From Mobula hypostoma (lineage: Eukaryota), in NCBI RefSeq assembly GCF_963921235.1, contig NC_086109.1:6636001-6700000 (forward strand): a stretch of DNA of 64,000 bases, written 5' to 3'. Below, piece by piece: positions 25,786 through 36,663 of this stretch. The stretch's first letter is position 1, and each line of letters opens with the position of its first letter. The notes beneath the pieces are model-generated. The model saw nothing but the letters and a program-made list of their open reading frames with translations, made no database searches and was not told where the DNA came from. A program made the position numbers and the translations under genes.

Positions 25786-28700
25786 TTTTTTTTTTTGTAA
25801 TTTATTTTTTTATTTTAGTTCATCATCAAACAAAGCTTTCCATAAGATGTATTTCAGATGCTGTACATATATAGTCATATTTGTCACAAATCACCACATA
25901 ATATTTATCTGAGTTATACACTTATAGAAAGGAGAGGAAAGAAAGAACAATCAGCATAGAGTGATAATTTATGGGACTTTAATCCCCGAGTTATCCCAGT
26001 AATATTTGAAGATTCTCGAATAGCAATTGCAAGAGGTTCTAATGCAATATCAAATAATAGGGGACTAAGAGGACAGCCTTGTCGAGTACCACGAAAGAGA
26101 GGAAAAAAAGGTGAGTTTAAGGAGTTAGTACGAACCGAGGCTACAGGGGAGTGATATAACAGTTTAATCCAGGATATAAATTTCAAGCTAAAATTAAACA
26201 TTTCAAGCACCTTAAATAAATAAGGCCATTCTACTCTATCAAAAGCTTTCTCGGCATCTAAAGAAATAACACACTCAGGAACATTTTGTGAGGGAATATA
26301 AACGATATTTAACAATGTACGAATATTATAAAAAGAGTAACGACCTTTAATAAAACCCGTTTGGTCTTCCGAAATAATAGAAGGAAGTACTTTTTCTAGT
26401 CTATTTGCTAATAACTTAGAAAAAACTTTAGAATCAACATTTAATAAAGATATTGGTCTATAAGATGCACATTGAGCAGGGTCTTTATCCTTCTTTAGTA
26501 TTAAAGAAATTGATGCTCTATTAAAAGATTCCGGAAGTTTACCAAGTTTCAAAGAAGCCTCAAAAACCTTATAAAGCCAAGGAATCAATAAAGAAGCAAA
26601 ACATTTATAAAATTCAACGGTAAACCCATCAGGGCCAGGAGCTTTCCCCAGATTCATAGAAAAAATTCATAATGATTTACTTTTATATATTTCTAATCCT
26701 GAGAGATCCATTCCTGCTGTTTTAGAGTTATTAGCACAATTTGGTCTTTTCTCAGGTTATAAATTAAATCTTAGTAAGAGTGAACTTTTTCCGATTAATA
26801 AACATCTTCCCTTATATTATAAATTTCCATTTAAATTGATTAATAATTACTTTTCATATCTTGGGATTAAAATTACTTGTAAACATAAAGATTTATTTAA
26901 GACTAACTTTTTACCATTAATAGACCATATTACTCAACTTTCATCTAAATGGTTTCCCTTATATTTAACTTTGATTGGTCGTATTAATGCAGTTAAGATG
27001 TTTTTTTTGCCAAAATTTTTATATGTGTTTCAGGCATTACCAATTTTCGTTCCTAAATCTTTTTTTGATAAAGTTGACTCTAAAATTTCTTCATTTATTT
27101 GGCAGAATAAGAATCCGAGACTGGGTAAAATACATTTACAGAAAGCTAAGAGAGATGGAGGTTTAGCATTACCTAACTTTAGATTTTATTATTGGGCTAT
27201 TAATATTCGACATATGAAATTTTGGTTACTTGACCGGGACATACTATCTATTCCTAAATGGGTAGCATTGGAATTACAATCTGTTCAGGGTTATACACTT
27301 GGTTCTATTTTAGGTTCCTCTCTTCCTTTTGATTCGAAACGCCTTAAGCAGGTCTCTAACCCGATAGTTAAATATGCTTTGCGCATTTGGTTTCAATTCA
27401 GAAAATTTTTTGATCTTAATCAATTCGGGTTAGCGATTCCTATTTTAGGTAACATATTTTTTCCTCCCTCTTTTACGGATCGCGCTTTTCAAACTTGGAA
27501 GACTAAGGGTATTTTACGGTTTTTGGATTTATTTTTAGATGGTTCCCTTATGTCTTTTGAACAATTATCTAATAAATATAACTTATCAAGAATACATTTT
27601 TTTAGATATTTACAAGTTAGAAATTTCCTAAGTACTATACTTTCTTCCTTTCCAATGCTTCCTCCTATATATATTTTAGATTCGATAATTAACCTTAATC
27701 CATGTCAGAAAGGTGCATCGGCTATGATTTATAATATTATTATGAAACTTAGGAAAGCTCCATTTGATAAGATTAGGGTAGATTGGGAACAGGAATTGGG
27801 GCTTACCATTTCTGTGGATGATTGGGGGCAGATTTTACAATTAGTTAATACTTCCTCTATTTGTGCTAAACATTCCCTAATTCAATTTAAAGTGGTTCAT
27901 AGAGCACATATGTCCAAAGATAAGTTAGCGCGTTTTTACTCGCATATTAATCCTTTCTGTGATAGATGTTCGGGGCAGATAGCCTCTCTAACTCATATGT
28001 TTTGGTCTTGCCCTACTTTGGAAACTTTTTGGAGAGATATTTTCAATATTATTTCTAAGGTATTAAATATAGATATCTCTCCTCACCCTATTACTGCTAT
28101 CTTTGGACTACCTAAAATTTCTAGTAATCTTTCCCCTTCAGCCCGTAGAATGATTGCATTTCTTACTTTAATGGCGAAAAGATGTATTTTACAACATTGG
28201 AAAGAGCTTAATGCTCCAACTACCTTTTTTTGGTTTTCTCAGACGATTTTATGTTTGAATCTGGAGAAAATTAGAAGTAACCTTTATGATTCTTCATTTA
28301 AATTTGAACAGATTTGGGGACCTTTTATTCGATATTTTCATTTAATGTAATATTTACCCTTCTTGTTTTTTTTTCACTGTTTTAATGGAGGTCGGGATTG
28401 AGGACGTGATTTTAAGTTTAACTCTGTTTGGTTTCAAGTTAGCCCATTGCTTTGCTTTGCTTTTAGTTAGTTGCACGGTGGGTTTTTTTTTTGGGTTTTT
28501 TTTTTCTTTTTTTTTCCATTGATATATATAAAATCTAGTATACTATTATGTTATCTTGGTTTCTTATGCTTAAATTACATTGTTTGTAGTATTTTCTTTT
28601 TGGTATTGTTATCTTTTGGAATTTTATTATACTTTAACATTGTATTAATGTTTATATGGCTTACCTTTTTTGTATACTTACTCAATAAAAAGATTTAAAA

Positions 28701-29175
28701 AGAAAGAAAGAAAGAACAATCGAAAGAAGAAAACTATGTACAGAGTAGGGAGTGATTTTTTTTTACAATATATTCATTGACTTGTGAGAATAAAATCAGG
28801 CCTATGAGGTGTTATGTAGTTAAACCATTTTTCACAGTATGAATCAAATTGTTCCAACTTATGATTAACAGATGTTGTTATCTTCTCCATTTTATAAATG
28901 TCCATTGTAATTTCCATCCATGCGTTTAAAGTTGGGCTCTCCTGTGATAACCATTTCCTGGTAAGGGTCTTTTTACCAGCCACCAGTGGTATATTCATTA
29001 AATATTTATCTCTTTTCAAACATTTTTGAGGTATATACCCAAAATATATGGCCTTACTTTTTAAGGGTGTTTCACATTTAAAAATGTCTTGTAGGGCATT
29101 GTGTATCCCACTCCAATAGTCTTTGATAACGGGGCATTCCCAGAAAATATGATAATGGTTTGCATTTTGATTCGG
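25786..29175 (-). mobile_element. Older 5'-truncated L1/Tx1 element, split by the younger L1 (parts 25786-25952 and 28706-29175)
   Basis: Poly(T) and TTTATT at the left end. Minus ORF 28774-29019 (VAGKKTLTRKWLSQESPT...MEKIT) is an L1 ORF2 C-terminus. Confidence 0.8.
25953..28705 (+). mobile_element. Young L1-clade LINE, 5'-truncated with 5' inversion (inverted RT part 25953-~26665; forward part ~26672-28705)
   Basis: Minus ORF runs from GKAPGPDG to LSLYAD. Plus frame is open from DLLLYISNPE (26674) to the stop at 28350 and includes CDRC...HMFWSC. AATAAA at 28684; 16-bp TSD GAAAGAAAGAACAATC (25937-25952 and 28706-28721). Confidence 0.93.
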
Positions 29176-31499
29176 AGATTATGTTTCCTTAGAAGTACAG
29201 TGGAGAGCATTCTGACTGGTTGTAACACAGCCTGTTATGGAGGCTCCAATGCACAGGATTGCAAGAGGCTGCAGAGGCTGTAGAAGGTTGCAGACCCAGC
29301 CTGCTCCATCATGCTTACAACCTTCCCTACCATCAAGGTCAATTTCAAAGACGGCGCCTCAAGAATGCCCTCTTCTTGTATTGGCCGTCGCAGAGGAGAT
29401 ACAGGAACCTGAAGACGCATACTCAACAACTGAAGAACGGCTTCTTTTCTTCCGCCAAGAGAATTTTGAAGGTTCCATGAAACTGTGAACACTGCCCAGT
29501 TATTCCCTTTTTCCCATTACTTACTTATTTTGTAATTTATAGTAATTTATGCTTTTGCACTGTATCACTGCTGCAAAACAACAAATCTCTTATCACTCAG
29601 TACCAAGTAACGTCTTAGGCACCCTAGCTATATATACTGTCTGTGCCTAAGGTTTTTGCACAGTACTGTAGTAATTTTACGTATTGCAGTGTTCTGCTGA
29701 CGCAAAAAAAAATCATAACATATATGAGCGATGATAAACCTGATTCTGATATGGGTGTCTATTGTGGACTGAGAGTGGGAGGGGGTAGGCAGAGGGGTAT
29801 CATGGTTGGGAAAAGGGGAAGAGAGATGGGAGGGAGTGGGAAGCACCAGAGAGGCATTCTGTAATGATCAATAAACTAATTGTTTGGAATCAAGTGACCT
29901 AGCCTGGTGTCTCAGGGCTGGGTGTGTCTGCACCTGCACCACACCCTGCCCCTGGCGTTCCTTCTCTGCCATCTGTTCACATCAGGTTTACAAACTTGCT
30001 CTTCGCTCCATGTTAACATATTATGTCTAAGACTTTTGCATAGTATTGTATGCCAGTGATAATAATTCTGATTCTTCATAAACACAAGATATTCTACAGA
30101 TGCTGCACACAAAATGCTGGAGGAACTCAGCAGGGCAGGCAGAATCTGTGGAAGGGAGTAAACAGTCCATGTTTCAAGAAAAGGGTCTTGGGCTGAAACA
30201 CCAATTGTTTATTCCTTCCATAGATGCAGTTCAATTTGCAGATTTTTGCATTGTACCTAGACTGCCATCGGCACGTCTGAGGGTTGATACCGAAGGTTAA
30301 ACCCTGAAGGTCGAAGACCAAAGTTGCGAATCTGGATGTTGAGGCCCAAAGGCTAAAGCCTGATGTTTGCGAGTCCATTAGAGAAGTTGGAGGCCTGATG
30401 TCTGCGAATCCATGAGTCCACTGGAGATTTGAAGCTCATTGGTGAACTGCCGTGGGGTTGGAGGCCTGTGTGCATGGGTGGGAGGGAGGATAAGGGGATT
30501 GTTTTCCTGTTTTTCCCTCTTTACCCCTCCCCTTACCTTTTTATTCTGGCATCTTCCCCCTTCCTTCTGTGTCCTGAAGAAAGGTCTCAGCCCCAAGTGT
30601 CAACTCTATGTTAATTTCCATAGATGCTGCCTGGCTGGCTGAGTTCCTCCAGCATTTTGTGTGTATTGCTTTGTTTTGCTGTTGTTCTGCTGAACATGGT
30701 GGACGTGCTATGCTGGTGGCCGAACAGACAATGCATTTCACTGTATGTTTTCAGAATTAAAGTCTATCACTGGCATATGTTGTAAAATTTGTTGACTTTT
30801 GTGTCAGCAGTGCAACACAACACATAACAGAGAAAAAGAAACTGTGAAATACGGTAATTATAATATATATTCAATAATTAAATTAACTGGTCAGTGGTGT
30901 AGTGGCATCTGCACCAGACTTCGTGACGAGTGGTCCTGGGTTCGAATCCAGCTAGCTTCTTGCACTCTTTATAGCTGTATCGAAGTTAGATCCTCAGAGA
31001 TATTGACATGCAGGAACTTGAAATTGCTCACTCTTTTCACCTCCGATCCCTCAAAGAGGATTGGTGTGTGTGTTCCCCCGTCTTACCCTTTCAGAAGTCC
31101 ACAATCAGTACTTTGGTCTTACTGACGTTGAGTGTAAGATTGTCGCTGCGATCCCACTCCACCAGCTGAGATACCTTGTTCCTGTAGTACGCCCTCTCGT
31201 CACCGTCTTAAATTTCTGTCAACAATGGTTGTATCGTCAGCAAATTTATAGATGGCACTTGAGCTGTGCCTAGCCTTGCATTCATGGGTATAGGGAGTGG
31301 GCTAAGCACACTTCCCCGACGTGCGCCCGTGTTGATTGTCTGAGAGATGGATGTTTGATGTACATATGGATAAATAAATCTGAATCTGAACCTCGCAGCA
31401 CACGACAATAAACTCTACTTGTTAAATGATATAAGGGGCTGGATGTGTTATTTTCACGTGGTAATTAGACAGTGAAATCTATGAACTTTAACAATTCCT

Positions 31500-32350
31500 T
31501 CCAGGATGCCGGGCGCTTGTTATTTACTACTCGCCGTTCCCCGCTTGCAGTACCACCGGCCGCCACAGAGGGCGCAGACCAGTGAGAGCGCCAGCCACCC
31601 GGCTACGGCCCGCTTGGCACCATGGGTTGTTTTAAAATGGCGGTCCACTCGAACATGGCGGTGCATGGGCTGCTGCAGGCCGGAGCGGCCGGGGCTGGCG
31701 GCTCCGAGCAAGTACCGGGGGGTGGGGTAAGTACCTAGGGATAGGGGGCTCCCCGGGTACCAGGGGCCGGGGTGCAAAACTGGAGATCAGCGTTTCCGGG
31801 CTGCTGCTGGAGGCGGGGATAAAACCGGGGGAAGGGGGCCACAACGGGTCTCGAACAGGGATGGGGATGCAACCGGGGTGGTGGTGGAGGGGAGGGGCGG
31901 ACGCCTTTGGCTCCGAGCAGGTAACGAGGGGCGGGGTCACGAACCGAGGTTGGTGGTAAAATCGCGATTGGGCTTCGACGGATGTATCAGGGGGCGGGTG
32001 AATAACCCGGAGGTTGGGTGGGGGTGGGGACCCTCGTAGGGTGGGCGTGGTGGCATAACTGGGGGATGGGGGTATATTCGGTGGGGGGACGTAACCACAA
32101 CTGGGTGATAGGGTTTCGGGGGGGGGGTTACAACCGGGGCTCGGAGTTGGTATTTGAGGACCATAACCTCAGGGTTAGAGGTTGGCTGCTCGGAGTAGGT
32201 GTGGGAGTGGAATCGGGTGGTCCAGCCGCGGGGATTCGGAGTATATACGGGAGGGGGAGGAACAATCCGTATCAGGTGTGGGGTGGGGAAGATCTGTTTC
32301 CAAACTACATGATGCTGTAGGACAGGTGGTGTGGTGGGAGGGGTTTGTTG
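31500..32350 (+). promoter_or_regulatory. CpG island / promoter of the CPSF6-like gene
   Basis: CpG-rich with G-skew downstream of exon 1; YY1-type motifs AAAATGGCGG (31634) and AACATGGCGG (31652). Confidence 0.8.
31622..31726 (+). CDS. CPSF6-like: CPSF6/CPSF7-like (CFIm large subunit) exon 1 (MGCFKMAVHSNMAVHGLLQAGAAGAGGSEQVPGGG; start could be 31622, 31637 or 31655)
   Basis: In-frame ATGs in a CpG island; GGG|GTAAGT donor; phase 0 matches exon 2. Confidence 0.7.
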
Positions 32351-32490
32351 ATATACGGACTGAGATTTCTCTCATGAAGCATACCCACTGTTCTTTGTAA
32401 ACAATATCACACATAGTCCTCTCTTGATGAGCCTTAATTTTAGGAGGACTAGAAAACAAAAGCAAGAATGTAAGGCATTGGAGTATTGTG

Positions 32491-32743
32491 CAAACACGAG
32501 GAAATCTGCAGATGCTGGAAATTCAAGCAACACACATAAAAATTGCTGGTGAACGCAGCAGGCCAGGCAGCATCTATAGGAAGAGGTACTGTGGACATTT
32601 TGGGCTGAGACCCTTCATTAGGACTAACTGAAAGAAGAGATAGTAAGAGATTTGAAGTCCTGACGAAGGGTCTCGGCCTGAAACGTCAACTGTACCTCTT
32701 CCTATAGATGCTGCCTGGCCTGCTGCGTTCACCAGCAATTTTT
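32491..32743. mobile_element. Short fold-back Penelope-derived insertion with two opposed hammerhead motifs
   Basis: 14-bp TSD ATTGGAGTATTGTG (32477-32490 and 32744-32757); ~90-bp inverted arms. Confidence 0.85.
32656..32691 (+). ncRNA. Minimal type I hammerhead ribozyme motif (near-intact)
   Basis: AGTC CTGACGA AGGGTCTCGGCCT GAAAC GTC AACT; one stem I mismatch. Confidence 0.65.
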
Positions 32744-33290
32744 ATTGGAGTATTGTGAGCAGTTTTAGTCTCCTTATCTAAGATGGGATGTGCTGGCATT
32801 GGAGAGGGTCCGGAAGGTTCACCAGAATGATCCAAGGAATGAAAGGGTTAACATATGAGGAACATTGGATGGCTCCGGGCCTGTACTCACTGGAGTTTAG
32901 AAGAGTGGGGGGGGGGGCCTCATTGAAATCTAATAAATATTGAAAGGTCTGGATAAAGTGGATGTGGATAGGATGTTTCCTATAGTGGGGGTGTCTTGGA
33001 CCAGAGGGCATAGCCTCTAAATGGAGGGATGTTCATTTAGAACAGAGATAAGGAGGAATTTATTTACCTGGAGAGTGGTGAATCTATGGAATTCATTGCC
33101 GCAGATGGCTGTGGAGGCCAAATTATTGGGTATATATAAAGCGGAGATTGATAGGTTCTTGATTAATAAGGGTGTCAAAGGTTATGGGGAGAAGGCTGGA
33201 GAATGGGGTGGAGAGGGATAGTAAATCAGCCATGATGGAGCAGACTCGATGACCAAATGGCCTAATTCTGCTGCTATTGTCCTATGGTCT
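32744..33290 (+). mobile_element. CR1-type LINE 3' fragment (host of the fold-back insertion)
   Basis: Remnants of LEYCEQF and RVVNLWNSLPQ motifs plus the typical 3' UTR. Confidence 0.75.
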
Positions 33291-33579
33291 AATCTGATCA
33301 ACAACCAACGCAGACCATATTCTACTAAGCAATCCGCCATTGAGTGGGTTTAGGGTTCTCCTTGCTAAGTGTTCCCGCTCTGTAGTGCTGCATCTGCCAC
33401 TTTAAATTGTAAATAAGCAGTAATTCCACTGAGATATGAAAGTTACGTTTGGGAGCTCTGCAGTGTAATTCCAAAACAGAAACAAAATGCTTGGAAGCAC
33501 AAACAGGGCAGGTGTCATCGGGAAAACAGAGCTCAAGTTTCAGAACTGCTCTATTCCAATGAAAACATCTCAAAATTAG

Positions 33580-34160
33580 AAGCAACACACATAAAAGTTG
33601 CTGGTGAACGCAGCAGGCCGGGCAACATCTCCAGGAACAGGTACAGTCGACGTTTCGGGCCGAGACCCTTCGTCAGGACTAACTGAAAGAAGAGCTAGTA
33701 GGAGATTTGAAAGTGGGAGGGGGAAGGGGAGATCTGAAATGATAGGAGAAGACAGGAGGGGGAGGGATGGAGCCAAGAGCTGGACAGGTGATTGGCAAAA
33801 GGGATATGAGAGGATCATGGGACAGGAGGCCTAGGGAGAAAGAAAAGGGGGAGGGGGGAAGCCCAGAGGATGGGCAAGGGGTATAGTGAGAGGGACAGAG
33901 AGAGAAAAAGGAGAGAGAGAAAAAGAATGTGTGTGTATATAAATAAATAACGGATGGGGTACGAGGGGGAGGTGGGGCATCAGTGGAAGTTTGAGAAGTC
34001 AATGTTCATGTCATCAGGTTGGAGGCTACCCAGACGGAATATAAGGTGTTGTTCCTCCAACCTGAGTGTGGCTTCATCTTTACGGTAGAGGAGGCCGTGG
34101 ATAGTCATATCAGAATGGGAATGAGACGTGGAATTAAAATGTGTGGCCACTGGGAGATCC
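33580..34160 (-). mobile_element. Young Penelope-like element 3' end
   Basis: Minus strand encodes EATLRLEEQHLIFRLGSLQPDDMNIDFSNF, followed by the pyrimidine-rich UTR and tail; CpGs intact. Confidence 0.85.
33644..33681 (-). ncRNA. Minimal type I hammerhead ribozyme motif (intact)
   Basis: UAGUC CUGACGA A GGGU-CUCG-GCCC GAAAC GUC GACUG: conserved core, stem I and stem II pair, palindromic ACGU stem III, GUC cleavage triplet. Confidence 0.8.
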
Positions 34161-34719
34161 TGAAAATTAGAAAATTATTTCTGAGATTAGCTGGCAGTCA
34201 AACAGTTAGAGATGGTAGATAGTGGAGAGATTTTAATCCATACTTAATTGTAAAGTCAAAGACTTGTACAACACAGTAACCAGTGTTTTGGCCCAACTCG
34301 CCACACTGATCTAGGTGCCTAGTCTAGTTAGTCTCACCTGCTTGTGCTTGGTCTATACCTGTCTAAATTTTGCTTATCCATGTAGCTGTCCAAATGGTTA
34401 GTGCAAACACTTCACAGACTCAGTGATCACTGATGGTGGTTCGATTCCCACTGGGGTCTGTAAGGAGTTTGTGCGTTAGGAATGCTCTGTTGGCATGGAA
34501 GCATGGCGACATTCAGGTGCTACCCCCAACACAGTCCTTGCCGATTTGATTTGACGCAAGCAACGCATTTCACTGTATGTTTTGATGTACGTGTGACAAG
34601 TAAAGCTAACCTCTAATTGTACCCATCTCTGCCACTTGCTTTGGCAACTTGTTCCACTTACCCACAGCCCGCTGTGTGGAAAAACCTGCCCCTCGAAGTC
34701 CCTTATGCCGTGTAGTTTA

Positions 34720-35400
34720 AGGGCCTACACAGGTCGATAAGATGGTTAAGAAGACTTACGGAATACTTGCTTTTATTAGTTGAGGCATTGAATTCAAAAG
34801 TCAGGAGGTAATGTTCCAACTTTATAAAACTGGTCAGGCCACATCTGGAATATTCCTTATAGGTCTGGTTGCCTCACTATAGGAAGGATGTTGAGGCTTT
34901 GGAGAGGGTGCAGGGGTTTACCAGGGTACCGTCTGTTTTAGAGGGAATGTGTTAACGCAAGAGGCTGGACAAACTTGAGTTGTTTTCTCTGGAGCGATGG
35001 AGGCAGAGGAGAGACTTGATAGAGGTTTACGAGATTGAGAGGCATAGATGGAGTAGACAGGGAGTATCTTTTTCCCAGGGTAGAAATGTCTAGTTCCAGA
35101 GGGCATGCATTATAGATGAGATGGGGTGGTTTCAGAGGGGATGTGAGGGCTAAGTTTTTTACTCACAGAGTGGTGGATGCTTGGAATGTGCTACCTGGTA
35201 TGGTGGTAGAGGTAAATACATTAGAGGCTTTTAAGAGACGTTTGGATAGACACTTGGATGTAAGGAAGATGGAGGGATATGGATATTGTGTCGGTAGGAG
35301 AGATTTGTGTTTGTGTGTTTTGATTTGCTTTTTATCTGGTTTGGCACAATGTTGTGGGCCAAATGGCCTATTTCTCTGTTGTACTCTTCGTTGTTCTATG
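34720..35400 (+). mobile_element. CR1-type LINE 3' fragment
   Basis: Remnants of LYKTLVRPHLEY, KLELFSLE and FFTHRVVDAWNVLP; similar minus copies at 36866-37400, 38755-39050 and 53170-54150. Confidence 0.75.
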
Positions 35401-36663
35401 TCGTTAGCCATCAATTAATATAATTGATATTGAAATAATCACATATTGTGTTGGTCATCCAATCATAGAGGTCCAAAGTTCGATGTAAATCTATGATCTG
35501 AGTACATATATGTCACCACTTACAACCATGAGATTCATTTTCTTGCAGGCATTCTCAAAAAGATCCATAATAGAATGATAGCCATAATAGAATCAGTGAA
35601 AGACAGCACTGACTGGGCATTCAACCATTGTGCAAAAGACAACAAACTGCAAATACGGAAATAAAGAAATAATAATAAGTAAATAGTAGATATCAAGAAG
35701 ATGAGATGAAGTGAGTCCATGGGTTGTGGGAACATTTCAGTAATGGGGGTGAGTGAAGTTATCCCCTTTGGTTCAGGAGCCTTATGGTTGAGGGGTAGTA
35801 TCTGTTTCTAAGCCTGGTGGTGCGAGTCTTGAGGCTCCTGTACCTCCTTCCTGATGGTGGCAGCAAGAAGAGAGCATGACCTGTGTGGCCGGCGTCCCTG
35901 ATGATGGATGATGCTTTCCTGTGACAACATGTGTAATGTTCTTATTGGCGGGGAGGGCTTTACCCATGATGGATACTTTTGTATGATTTTCTTTTTAAGG
36001 GCATTGGTGTTTCCGTACCAGGCTGGGATACACTCTCCACCACGCGTCTATAGAAGTTTGTCAAAGTTTTAGATATCATACCAGTTCTTCGCTCAAGCTC
36101 CTAAGGAGATTTGAAGGACTGCTGTAATCTGGAGCAAGATTATAAACTTCTGGGTCGGCCAGGCTTTGGAAGCAGAGGGTTGGTCCATTGAGACTGAGAA
36201 TGTAAAAGGGAGATAGCTGGTGTGAAGAGGTGAAGAGGAGGGTGACATAAGGGCTGACCTGATAGGTGGAACCTGGTGAGGACCATGGACAGATGGATTT
36301 GGGGAGACAAACTGATGCATGATGGGTATAGCTTCAAAGTGAGCATTGTTGATAAAGTTTGGTTAGGAGAATAAGCCAGTCCGAGAGTCCAAGGTCCAAG
36401 AACTCTGGAGACTTGTCCTGGGGTTAGAGACCTGTCTGTGTGGTTGGGTGGGGGAAGAAAGGTCTTGTTTTGACCTTCATTGTTGTGTTTGTCTTGTTCT
36501 GCTGAGCATTATGGGCATGCTTTGTTGGAGCTGGAACGTGTGGTGACACTTGTGGGCTGCCCCCAGTACATCCTTGCATTGTATTGGTTGTTTACGCAAG
36601 TGACACATTTTTGTTGTTAACAAGAATGGTTGTTAATGCAAACGGCATGTATGTTTCGATGTA

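Larger units (their letters stand above)
25540..29600 (+). mobile_element. Rex1/Babar-like LINE remnant interrupted by two nested L1s (host parts about 25540-25785 and 29182-29600)
   Basis: KKAHQQLYVIRSLRRF continues after the inserts as STVESILTGCNTACYG...DCKRLQR; GGAGATT repeated at both junctions. Confidence 0.6.

Noticed and set aside
30888..30960. tRNA-like sequence
   Set aside because: A and B boxes are present but the acceptor stem is poor; better explained as a truncated SINE head
31558..31577. CTCF-like motif
   Set aside because: Only the AGAGGGCGC half matches; not distinguishable from chance in GC-rich DNA
31506..31730. 74-aa ORF over the CpG island
   Set aside because: Different frame from the spliced CPSF6-like reading frame, and it ends in the donor site
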